A program made the translations under genes and the position numbers. The notes under the pieces are model-generated. The model had not been told where the DNA came from and searched no databases. It saw only the letters and a program-made list of their open reading frames with translations. This document shows, piece by piece, positions 39,101 through 47,208 of a DNA stretch of 64,000 nucleotides. This DNA comes from Bacteroidales bacterium (GTDB lineage Bacteria; Bacteroidota; Bacteroidia; Bacteroidales; VadinHA17): assembly GCA_035360515.1 (NCBI GenBank), contig DAOSAY010000008.1, positions 9,230 to 73,229 of the forward strand, in the 5' to 3' direction. Within the stretch, counting starts at the first letter, position 1; the number at the start of each line of letters is the position of its first letter.

Positions 39101-40666
39101 TTTCTTCTTTGCATATGCATTTATGAAGTCATCCACTTTGCTTTTTATAGTCACTTCATTATTAACCCTGTCGTAGAAAAGAAAGCCCCTGTTGGTAAGG
39201 TCGATGCACAGGCCGGTTACGGCTTCCTCAGGTTTCTTCATCCATTTTGCAAATTCTTTTACAGGAAACGTGTTTGAATAAAACCAATCGGCAAACTGCC
39301 TCAGGCGGTAAAGTGGATGATATTCGTCAATGCCAGCAAGTCGTTCGAAATATGTTGAATTGAAAAATGAAGCTGACTCGAATCTTGCCTGGCCAAGTGA
39401 AGCTCCCCTTGAGCGGGAAAGAATTACTGTCGATTGGTTCATGTTCCAGATAAGGTTTTCGAAATATATATCGAAACCATGAAAGGAATCAAACCAGGGA
39501 CTTTTTGCTATTGGGTTGTTACTTCTGAAAAGGTTTATTTCACGGTTTTCAGCATTATATGAAAAGCCTATGCTTGAATGGTGAATGGAATCATTCCCCA
39601 GATAAAAAGTAGCAGATGATTCCTGAGTGTTTATTCCTCCGCGTGTAATGAGACAAGTGTTGGCAGCAACCTTCAGGTAAAGGGTGTCATTTCTGAAAAT
39701 TGTAATGCGTGCAGGAGTGAAAACATCACCCATGCCTATTACTGTAGAACCTTCAAGCCTTATACCCCCTTCATAATTTACATCTTTGAAAATATTTTTT
39801 ATTGCAAAGGTTTTGGTGTATGTTTCAAACCTGGGATACCTGATGTTTTCACGATTACCCGAAAGTGAAACCTGGTCGGTAAGTTTTCCGTATTCGGGTT
39901 TTTCAAAGAAAGTTTTATAGGTAAATAGTGCAGAATCAACCTCATATGCAGCCCTCTGAAGATTAATAGAATAATTCCTGATTTCTGCAAATGCTTCATT
40001 TCGGGGATAACCTGCCTTTTCAAAATAAACCGTACCAATAACACCCCTGAACATGGTATTTTCAGGAAAATATTTTCCGGTTACGTCGTATATCTCTATA
40101 CTATCTTTCTGGGAATAGGCCGTTAGAGTTACATTTTGAGCATTTATAAAGAATGAAGTATCGTATTCAAATGTTGTATTCTGTCCTTTTATCTTCCATT
40201 TTACCGTTGCTGATTCGAAAACAATACCTGATGTTACGAACGAGCTGGTATTTCTCAGGTGTCTGTCTATATTGTCGTTGTTGATGGCTGGTTTGTGTAT
40301 CATGGCTCCAAGTCCAGTAAGCCAGGTGAGAAAATAGCCTTTGTTGCCTTTATATTGAGAGAGGTCGAGAAGTGTTTTCAGAAAGTCGATGAAATGAGGA
40401 ACAGGCCTGAAGTTTCTGGCAGCCAGCAATGAGCTGATGCCCATAATATTTTCAGCAATATCTGAGGAAAAATATGCGCTGTCCCAGCTGGACGTAAATT
40501 TACTCAGAATGGCACTCTGGTCTGGTGTGAGGTTCGGGCCCATATATGCAGCCAGTTCTGCGGAGAATTTTTCCCGTTCCCCTGAGAAAACCTTTCTGCC
40601 CTGCGTAAAAGCACTACCTGAGGCAAAGATGAGTGCCAGACACGTAATAATCAGCTTTTTCAGCAT
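36182..40666 (-). CDS. very large secreted protein of unknown function (beta-rich)
   Basis: Uninterrupted 1494-aa ORF with a cleavable signal peptide (ASGSAFT-QG). Composition is rich in N/S/T/F/Y, and I recognise no catalytic motif. Confidence 0.75.
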   Translation of the reverse strand: MLKKLIITCLALIFASGSAFTQGRKVFSGEREKFSAELAAYMGPNLTPDQSAILSKFTSSWDSAYFSSDIAENIMGISSLLAARNFRPVPHFIDFLKTLLDLSQYKGNKGYFLTWLTGLGAMIHKPAINNDNIDRHLRNTSSFVTSGIVFESATVKWKIKGQNTTFEYDTSFFINAQNVTLTAYSQKDSIEIYDVTGKYFPENTMFRGVIGTVYFEKAGYPRNEAFAEIRNYSINLQRAAYEVDSALFTYKTFFEKPEYGKLTDQVSLSGNRENIRYPRFETYTKTFAIKNIFKDVNYEGGIRLEGSTVIGMGDVFTPARITIFRNDTLYLKVAANTCLITRGGINTQESSATFYLGNDSIHHSSIGFSYNAENREINLFRSNNPIAKSPWFDSFHGFDIYFENLIWNMNQSTVILSRSRGASLGQARFESASFFNSTYFERLAGIDEYHPLYRLRQFADWFYSNTFPVKEFAKWMKKPEEAVTGLCIDLTNRGFLFYDRVNNEVTIKSKVDDFINAYAKKKDYDVISFMSETNAPVENAFLDLNSFRLTVNGVRNIFLSDSQMVSLYPYNQRIEIGKNRKISFDGVVEAGLFTIFGHNFVFDYDTFKINLHKIDSIRIAVETGERDAMGRPLIKDVENLIQLTTAELYIDDPKNKSGLRSLKQYPIINATTYSYIFYDKIPGLEGIYKQQDFYFRIEPFTYDNIDHYTNEMMNLPGEFHAGNIIKPTKQYLIIQEDNSLGFTMNIPSDGIEVYDGKGRLYNMISMSNKGLTGSGKLRRITSETESDEFRFFPDSMITFARSFTISPDGSGRFPVLSSNDVSVKWLTSTDEWIASNAPGKKFDMFGNGTQLDGKIILTPERLSGSGIIDITDSRIISNKFNFAENIIQSDTADYNLKSTRGEAIGFLAENVNVTIDFNSYQSKFSLNTGTSLVKFPEIQYICTMTDFQYDMKNRILNMEQRGKAETPLMSPEELLKLDFNKLDKPTFFATNIIKDTIAFTSWKGRYDLNQEVVIAENINYIHIADALIQPDKGRITIERGARIQPLQNAVIAVNNKHLLHSGNIVIENTRSYSGSATYNYVDESGNIQQINFPKITSDKGITSATGYIPVTQNFMLSPAFTFTGDVMLSAQDDYLTFTGAAGIVHNCSFKSYNVKFKSSINPKMVIIPIAEKVRDINDNPVYSGSFISTDSAHIYPAFLSERKSWSDAQIVNAQGALWYEKEKGVYRIASMEKLADLSLPGNMITLDKNYCILSGEGQLNFGANYDHLKMAAAGKVIHNIDSGKVNFEAVIALDFYFSPQALEMMSNEIRRVPALAPVNLNTEFYKKAMKDLLGESVATRINEEIGLFGTTRNLPREYPYELLLNDVKLYWNEPTSSFRSKGKIGIGLIGSNAVNVYVDGFIEIQRRRSGDMLDIYLKADNSTWYYFSYFRGVLMTQSSNLEYNTLISTLKEKVRTHPESSTRVPYTYMIAVEDRLPRFLQRMTSDQAEEQEQK

Positions 40667-40771
40667 CGTGCAATCAGAAAATTTTACTTCAGAAACAATA
40701 AAGTTGATAAAATTTTTTTAAAAACGGTTATTTGTTTAAGCTTATTTTGGATTTCAATTAGAAGCTGGACC

Positions 40772-40806
40772 AAAAAAAGCGAAAGGGGCTGTGTACAGCC
40801 CCCTTT
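40772..40806 (-). terminator. rho-independent terminator after tpiA
   Basis: The minus strand reads GGGGCT-loop-AGCCCC followed by CGCTTTTTTT. It separates tpiA from the 1494-aa gene. Confidence 0.75.
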
Positions 40807-40822
40807 ATAGTTGATAATCTCC

Positions 40823-41581
40823 TTATTTTACTGCTTCCACAATAGCGCAAAATTCTTCTTTTTTCAGTGAAGCGCCTCCAATCAACCCTCCGTCAACATC
40901 GGGCATTGAGAATAGCTCAGCAGCATTTGATGCCTTACAGCTGCCACCGTACAGGATGGTTGTGTTTTCACTGATACCTTTACCATATTTTTCTGCAATC
41001 AGTTTACGGATAAACGACTGCATTTCCTGAGCCTGTTCAGGCGTTGCGTTCAGGCCTGTTCCTATTGCCCAGACAGGTTCATAGGCAATTACAACATTTT
41101 TAAATTCATCTTCAGTCAGATTAAAAAGGCCTTCGGTAAGTTGCTCTTTTACAACATCAAAGTGAATGCCCTGTTCTCTTTCTTTCAGAATTTCACCGCA
41201 GCAGTAAATAACTTTAAGTCCGGTTGAAAGAGCCATCCTCACTTTTTTGTTAAGCATTTTATTATCCTCTTTAAACAATGTTCTTCTTTCTGAATGGCCA
41301 ATAATTACATATTCTGCACCAGTGCTTTTTATCATACCGCATGAAATTTCCCCGGTAAACGCACCAGAAGGTTCTGAATAGCAGTTTTGTGCACCAAACT
41401 TAATATTACTGTCTTTCAGAACATCTTTCATCACGGAAAGATGAATAAATGGAGTGCAGAGTACAATTTCTGCTTTCGGAGTTTTTCCGGCGAAATATTC
41501 TTTTACTCCTTTTGCAAGTTCAATGCCTGAACTTAGATCCATGTTCATTTTCCAGTTTCCTGCAACAATTTTCTTTCTCAT
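40823..41581 (-). CDS. tpiA: triose-phosphate isomerase
   Basis: 252-aa ORF with VAGNWKMN, IIGHSERR and AYEPVWAIGTG motifs. Confidence 0.97.
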   Translation of the reverse strand: MRKKIVAGNWKMNMDLSSGIELAKGVKEYFAGKTPKAEIVLCTPFIHLSVMKDVLKDSNIKFGAQNCYSEPSGAFTGEISCGMIKSTGAEYVIIGHSERRTLFKEDNKMLNKKVRMALSTGLKVIYCCGEILKEREQGIHFDVVKEQLTEGLFNLTEDEFKNVVIAYEPVWAIGTGLNATPEQAQEMQSFIRKLIAEKYGKGISENTTILYGGSCKASNAAELFSMPDVDGGLIGGASLKKEEFCAIVEAVK

Positions 41582-41605
41582 AATTATTAAATAGTTTAGA
41601 TTCAG

Positions 41606-42712
41606 TTAATTATTTGTTTTGATAAGATTTTCAATATCTTCCGGAAGGTTTGCCCACGACCATTTTCCTGTTATTGTCCCGTTACGCAGCATTATATAAC
41701 CCGGATTGGAACGGACCATTGTTTTAAGAGTTATTTCGTCCACAAGGCAAAACTGAAGGTTGCTATCGTAATCTTTTATCTTATCGGATGAAGAAGCAGT
41801 AAGAATATAGAAATCAATACCATAGGTCATGCATTTGTGGCCGGTCTGAAAACCTTTATTCAGTCTCTCAGGTTTTGCCTTTTCGAGTTTCGGGGAGATC
41901 ATTAAAAGCGTGAAGTTGCTGTTGTTCAACACCATATCTGTAATATCCCTGTTGTCTGCAGTCACTAACGAGAAACCATGTATTGGAGGTTCGTAACCTT
42001 TCTTAACCAGAACAGATTTCTGGTCAATAAATTTCCAGGTTGTATCGTCAGCAGGAAAATTATCGAGGGTAAATTCTTTTCTGATCCCGTTTTTTTCATA
42101 TATGAAAGTGGTTTTGTAAACCGGGGCAGGAGCACCTTCAGGTATCTCCATAAGCTCTTTAATGTTGTTTCCTTTTTTATAAGGCAGGAAGTCTATAATC
42201 GGGAGGTATTTAAGGTTATAACCTGTGAAACCCATAAAGATGATTGATACAGAGAATATGACAAGCCAACCCGGTAGACTTCTAATGTATTCAAGTGGTT
42301 TGTTTTTATCGAAAATTAAAATAATCACTAATGTCATCAGCACAACATTTTTCCAGAAAGTCTGCCAGTTTGTTAATTTTATGGCGTCGCCGAAACAACC
42401 ACAGTCCGACACGGGATTGGTTATAGCAAGTATTAATGTGAGAGGTGTAAAAATTGACATTAGTACTGTAGCACCCATCACACCTGCTTTATATTTTATA
42501 CCTGTCAGCAGTGAGAAGCCTGTAATAAATTCTGCCAGACAGAGCAGAAAAGCTAGAGGCAGGCACAAAGGCTGCATGAAATCAAGTCCGAAAGCTGTGA
42601 AATAATCAGAGAATTTGTATGTTGAACCCAGAGGGTCAATTGCTTTAACTGTTCCTGAGAAAACGAAAACTGCACCTGTAATGATTCTAGAAATTACTCT
42701 CAAAATTTTCAT
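41606..42712 (-). CDS. DoxX/MauE-like membrane protein with C-terminal thioredoxin-fold-like domain (BT_3928-like)
   Basis: 368-aa ORF with four or five N-terminal TM helices, the DCGCFG motif and a soluble C-terminal half. Sits between tmk and tpiA. Confidence 0.7.
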   Translation of the reverse strand: MKILRVISRIITGAVFVFSGTVKAIDPLGSTYKFSDYFTAFGLDFMQPLCLPLAFLLCLAEFITGFSLLTGIKYKAGVMGATVLMSIFTPLTLILAITNPVSDCGCFGDAIKLTNWQTFWKNVVLMTLVIILIFDKNKPLEYIRSLPGWLVIFSVSIIFMGFTGYNLKYLPIIDFLPYKKGNNIKELMEIPEGAPAPVYKTTFIYEKNGIRKEFTLDNFPADDTTWKFIDQKSVLVKKGYEPPIHGFSLVTADNRDITDMVLNNSNFTLLMISPKLEKAKPERLNKGFQTGHKCMTYGIDFYILTASSSDKIKDYDSNLQFCLVDEITLKTMVRSNPGYIMLRNGTITGKWSWANLPEDIENLIKTNN

Positions 42713-42713
42713 A

Positions 42714-43400
42714 TCAGGTCAGGTTTTTTTGTTCAAGGATGTTGATGATTATCCTGAAAATTATATCAGGTGGTAGAATTTTTCCTTCAGTGTCGCTGCA
42801 GTTTACAACTTCAACCAGGGGATCTGTTTCAGCCACTTTCAGGTACATCTCACGCACCCTCATCTGGTATGCAAGACTGCTTTCATGAATGTCGTTTTTA
42901 CCGTTGAGGTATTTTCTGTCGTCTCCTTTTCTTCTGGTTGACAGCTTACTTTCGACGAAGTTGAAAGGCACATCAAGGAAGAGATTTATATCGGGACGCG
43001 GGATTTTGAAATATTCAAATTCAAGTTCAAAAATCCATTTTTTAAGTTCTTCCTGTTTTTTTTCATCATTTAGTTTGGCGCACTGGTAGGCTATATTAGA
43101 ATATGTATAACGGTCGAGGAGTACAACTTTCCCTTCATTAAGCCAGGATTTAATCATCCCGGCTGCATCTTTTCTGTCGCCAGCATATAGCATAGCAACC
43201 AGATACGGGTCTACTTCGTTGAGTGAACCAAACTCACCTCTTAGAAACCTTGCTATCAGTTCACCGAACCATGGTCTATCTGTTCGTGGAAAGTGCAGAA
43301 ACTCGCATTTTTTGTTTCGGGCTTCATAGAAATTTTTCAGAAGTTTAATCTGGGTCGATTTCCCTGAGCCGTCGAGACCTTCTATAACAATTAGTTTCAT
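42714..43400 (-). CDS. tmk: thymidylate (dTMP) kinase
   Basis: P-loop IEGLDGSGKSTQ and LLDRYTYSNIAYQ. The ATG at 43400 (MKLIVIEG) is preferred, though the ORF is open to 43469. Confidence 0.88.
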   Translation of the reverse strand: MKLIVIEGLDGSGKSTQIKLLKNFYEARNKKCEFLHFPRTDRPWFGELIARFLRGEFGSLNEVDPYLVAMLYAGDRKDAAGMIKSWLNEGKVVLLDRYTYSNIAYQCAKLNDEKKQEELKKWIFELEFEYFKIPRPDINLFLDVPFNFVESKLSTRRKGDDRKYLNGKNDIHESSLAYQMRVREMYLKVAETDPLVEVVNCSDTEGKILPPDIIFRIIINILEQKNLT

Positions 43401-43498
43401 ACGGAATTCTTTATGTGCAAATGTAATAACGGAGTGTGAATTCAGAAAGAATATTTGCCACTTATACATGATTATTTTATTTTTGGATTTTAATAATT

Positions 43499-44356
43499 AT
43501 GCTGAAGAAGTCAGAATATATAAATACCGGGGGTAAGCTTATTGATCTGAAGATTCCACGGATTATGGGCATAATAAATGTAACCCCTGACTCATTTTAT
43601 ACAGGAAGCCGTTATTTTGATGATAAGAGTATTCTGGAAGCTGCCAGCAGGATGCTGGATGAAGGTGCTGATTTTATAGATGTAGGAGGGTATTCTTCAC
43701 GTCCCGGTGCTGAGGATATCACACCTGAAGAGGAAAAATCGAGGGTGCTCAGGGCCATAAAACTTATAACCCGGGAGATTCCCGAAGCAATAGTTTCAGT
43801 TGATACCTTCAGGGCCGAAATAGCATATGAGGCCGTTATGGAATGTGGTGCAAAAATCATAAATGATATTTCAGGCGGTGAGGCAGATAAAGAGATGTTC
43901 AATGTGGTGGCAGAACTCAATGTTCCATATATACTTATGCATATGCAGGGAACACCCCGTACCATGCAGATAAATCCTGCATATAATGATGTTGTAGCAG
44001 ACATCCTAATGTGGTTTGGGGAAAGAATATTTAAACTCAGGACGATGGGAGTAAAAGATATTATTCTTGACCCCGGTTTTGGATTTGGTAAGACTGTTGA
44101 ACATAACTATGAATTGCTTCGGCGTCTGGGAGAATTTAAAATTGCCGGGTTGCCCATTATGGCAGGTCTTTCAAGAAAATCAATGATCTGGAAAACACTT
44201 GATGTTAAACCGGAAGATGCTCTCAACGGTACTACTGCCCTTAATATGGCAGCTCTGATGAATGGTGCCGACATTCTTAGAGTTCATGACGTAAAGGAAG
44301 CTGTACAGGTCAGGACTCTTTACCTGAAGCTTCGTTTAATAAATAAAGAAGGTTAA
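43499..44356 (+). CDS. folP: dihydropteroate synthase
   Basis: 285-aa ORF with GIINVTPDSF, DVGGYSSRPG and LDPGFGFGK motifs. Confidence 0.95.
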   Translation: MLKKSEYINTGGKLIDLKIPRIMGIINVTPDSFYTGSRYFDDKSILEAASRMLDEGADFIDVGGYSSRPGAEDITPEEEKSRVLRAIKLITREIPEAIVSVDTFRAEIAYEAVMECGAKIINDISGGEADKEMFNVVAELNVPYILMHMQGTPRTMQINPAYNDVVADILMWFGERIFKLRTMGVKDIILDPGFGFGKTVEHNYELLRRLGEFKIAGLPIMAGLSRKSMIWKTLDVKPEDALNGTTALNMAALMNGADILRVHDVKEAVQVRTLYLKLRLINKEG

Positions 44357-44415
44357 TAATATTGGACATGTTGAATAATTTTATGGAAAAATAATTTTGT
44401 AAGTAGTTTTTAACA

Positions 44416-45189
44416 ATGCCTTTTCACATTACCATATATGATGTAATCGATATTTTCCTTGTGGCCTTCCTTCTGTACCAGCTATACAGACTAATAAAAG
44501 GAACACCGGCATTAAGCATATTTGTTGCAATTTTTCTGATATATCTTTTCTGGCTTCTTGTAAGAGTTCTTAAGCTTGAACTTGTTAGTACCCTTTTGGG
44601 CCAGGTTATAGGTGTGGGAGTTATTGCGCTCATAATTGTTTTCCAGCAGGAAATCAGGAAGTTTCTTATAGTTATGGGTAGCAGGTATGTTTATAATAAT
44701 AAGCTTTTAGGTCTGAAGAAGATATTTCCTGAAAACATGGTGCAGAAAGGGCATAAGAATACTGAAGAAATCATCAGGGCAGTTGAATACCTTTCAAATA
44801 ACAAGATAGGGGCTCTTATTGTTATTGGACGTTCAGGATTGCTTGAACCTTATTCTGAGGGAGGAGAGAAGCTTAGTGCTGCCATTAATGCCAGTCTTCT
44901 GGAAACAATCTTTACAAAAAATACTCCTTTGCACGATGGTGCAGTGCTTATTGAAAATGGAAAAATAATTGCTGCCCGTTGCCCATTGCCTATAACCGAA
45001 CAGGTTAATTTGCCGGAAGAATTCGGAATGCGTCACAGGGCAGCACTGGGAATGTCGGAACACACTGATGCAATTGTGATCGTGGTTTCTGAAGAAACCG
45101 GGAAAATAAGCGTTGCCGACAGTGGTGTAATCAGGAGTAATATTTCAATAAAAGATTTGAGACAAATTCTGGCAAACGAGAGAATATAA
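44416..45189 (+). CDS. cdaA: diadenylate cyclase CdaA (c-di-AMP synthase)
   Basis: 257-aa ORF with three N-terminal TM helices and a DAC domain (GALIVI, LHDGAVLI, RHRAALG, VSEETG). Confidence 0.92.
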   Translation: MPFHITIYDVIDIFLVAFLLYQLYRLIKGTPALSIFVAIFLIYLFWLLVRVLKLELVSTLLGQVIGVGVIALIIVFQQEIRKFLIVMGSRYVYNNKLLGLKKIFPENMVQKGHKNTEEIIRAVEYLSNNKIGALIVIGRSGLLEPYSEGGEKLSAAINASLLETIFTKNTPLHDGAVLIENGKIIAARCPLPITEQVNLPEEFGMRHRAALGMSEHTDAIVIVVSEETGKISVADSGVIRSNISIKDLRQILANERI

Positions 45190-45199
45190 ACACAGTTAG

Positions 45200-45628
45200 T
45201 TACTTCATATACTTCAGTCTCAGGTTAACAATGCGGTCGTAGACAAAATAGCAGGGATTCTCGCACTGTGATTTTTCATACTTTACCCGGGGATATGCAG
45301 TATCAACTGCTATATAATCTTTACCATTTATGTCAGTGTAAGTTGCAGTTATTGTGTATTTTTTGTTAAGCGGCACGTCAATTTCCCATTTTTCATAATG
45401 TATATAGAAAAGATTAAGAAGAACATTATCTTCAAGGTTACCCTGATAAATCCTTACAATTGCTGCCGGATGCCAATCGGTTAACTGTTTTTCCATATAC
45501 AGTACCAGGGTTGCGTGGTCGGGTTCATCAGGCATGCAGTCGTTACAATCAATAAATATCGGGTTCTCATCGCATGAGAGAATCGCTGAAAATAACAACA
45601 TTATGATATATAATGCATACTTTTTCAT
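45200..45628 (-). CDS. hypothetical Cys-rich lipoprotein
   Basis: 142-aa ORF with signal peptide plus lipobox (AILSC) and five further cysteines (six Cys in total). Lies 7 nt downstream of the ankyrin gene. Confidence 0.6.
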   Translation of the reverse strand: MKKYALYIIMLLFSAILSCDENPIFIDCNDCMPDEPDHATLVLYMEKQLTDWHPAAIVRIYQGNLEDNVLLNLFYIHYEKWEIDVPLNKKYTITATYTDINGKDYIAVDTAYPRVKYEKSQCENPCYFVYDRIVNLRLKYMK

Positions 45629-45635
45629 TCTACCT

Positions 45636-47105
45636 TCAATACCATCTGATATATTTTCCTGGAGCTCTTATTTTATTGAAATATATTGTGTATCCGATTC
45701 CTGCTGTTATCCATAGAGGTCCAATTTTATAAAAAGGTGTTCTGAAGTATTCCAGTTCAGCTTTCAGCAGAAGGTTATTTTTTGTCCATTTTAATCCTGC
45801 TGCCGGTAAAATTTTTATTTTACCACCGGGTGTTTCATTGGTTCCTTTCAGTCTGTTAGCAAAAAAGTAACCGCCCGAAAGCGAAGCAGTAAGGGTCCAG
45901 TTCCCTCTAAGAGGATAATCAGTGAGCCTGAAGTCTTTAAATAGGCCTGCATAAAACAGGTAGCTTTTATCCATATACTGATAATAAACGTCCCCTTCTT
46001 TTTTTATTATTACCCTGGTATATGCAGGTTTGAAATCGATTCCGGATAAAACTCCGAAATTTCTCAACGGTTCCTTAAAAGAAGCTGATATGCCAGTATA
46101 GATATCGTGGAGATTAAATTTGGTACTGGAAACAATATTTACCTGGTCAAATCCCTTATGGATAGTCTGAGGAATGTTATATTTTGTTAGCAGATTTATA
46201 AGTTCTGTTCTTCCGTATGCGATAGCAACCGCATAAGGGCTTACTGCCTTTGATTGTTCTGATGATGACCATTTTTCTCCTTTTCTGAGGAGGTATTCAA
46301 GAGCCTCTTTATGGTTTGACATTATGCAGAGGTCAAGGGCATTGTAATTGTAATTGTTTGTTTCGTATATATTTACAAATCTTTTTATCAGCAGGTCCAT
46401 TATCAGTGTATCACCATTTTGAGCAGCAATGAGAAATGGAGTAAATCCATCATTATCACGATCGGAAGGGTCGGCGCCATTTTGCAGAAGAAGATCTGCA
46501 ATATTTGCATGTCCTGCCCATACCGCTGCCATCAGAGGTGTAGTACCTTCATTATCTTTGGTGTAAATTGCGGCATCATAATAAAGAAGCATATCAGCAG
46601 CAGAAAAGTATCCATATGCACAGGCGTAGTGAAGGGGAGTGGCACCAAACCTGTCTCTTATATTGACATCTGCCCCTGCTCTGGCAAGAATTTCTGCAAT
46701 TTCAGTGTTATTCTTCTTAACAGCAATATGAAGCGGTGATTCTGAGTAATTTGAAAGAACATCAAGTTTGGGTCCATATTCCAGTAGAACCTTTACCGCT
46801 TCTGTCTTGTCATTTCCCACAGCAAAATGAAGCGGCGTCACTCCTTCCATAGTGGATGTATTTACATCTGCTCCATACTTTATAAGCCATCTGATGCTGT
46901 TAATTTTTCCTTCAGCTGCTGCGGTTAAAAGTGCATAGTTGAGGTTTAATTCTGCTTCTGGACCCCTCAGTAGACTTATATATCTAAGAGTATCATCCTC
47001 TTCTTCTAACCTTTTATTTTCCTGTGAGCTGGAAATATTTGTGTGAGAGGCAATTATTAATAAAACTGCCACTATTCGCAGATATAAATAGAGTTTCAGA
47101 GGCAT
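45636..47105 (-). CDS. ankyrin-repeat protein with C-terminal beta-barrel-like domain
   Basis: 489-aa ORF with a signal peptide and about 7-8 ANK repeats (G.TPLH..A......v..LL..GA). The final ~170 aa have alternating beta-strand character and end in an aromatic residue (..IRWY). Confidence 0.85.
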   Translation of the reverse strand: MPLKLYLYLRIVAVLLIIASHTNISSSQENKRLEEEDDTLRYISLLRGPEAELNLNYALLTAAAEGKINSIRWLIKYGADVNTSTMEGVTPLHFAVGNDKTEAVKVLLEYGPKLDVLSNYSESPLHIAVKKNNTEIAEILARAGADVNIRDRFGATPLHYACAYGYFSAADMLLYYDAAIYTKDNEGTTPLMAAVWAGHANIADLLLQNGADPSDRDNDGFTPFLIAAQNGDTLIMDLLIKRFVNIYETNNYNYNALDLCIMSNHKEALEYLLRKGEKWSSSEQSKAVSPYAVAIAYGRTELINLLTKYNIPQTIHKGFDQVNIVSSTKFNLHDIYTGISASFKEPLRNFGVLSGIDFKPAYTRVIIKKEGDVYYQYMDKSYLFYAGLFKDFRLTDYPLRGNWTLTASLSGGYFFANRLKGTNETPGGKIKILPAAGLKWTKNNLLLKAELEYFRTPFYKIGPLWITAGIGYTIYFNKIRAPGKYIRWY

Positions 47106-47109
47106 GATA

Positions 47110-47117
47110 CAAAGTTA
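47110..47117 (-). promoter_or_regulatory. -7 promoter box (TAACTTTG on the minus strand) abutting the ankyrin gene start
   Basis: The plus strand reads CAAAGTTA. Only 4 nt separate the motif from the ATG at 47105. Confidence 0.3.
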
Positions 47118-47192
47118 TTATTTTGATTTTATTTTGTATCGAAAACTTCCACCATGTTAATAATTATGATTTTATACCGCAACAATTATTTC

Positions 47193-47200
47193 TATTTTTG
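47193..47200 (+). promoter_or_regulatory. -7 promoter box (TATTTTTG) abutting the serine hydrolase gene start
   Basis: Perfect TAnnTTTG, 8 nt upstream of the ATG at 47209. Confidence 0.3.
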
Positions 47201-47208
47201 CGAAGAAA

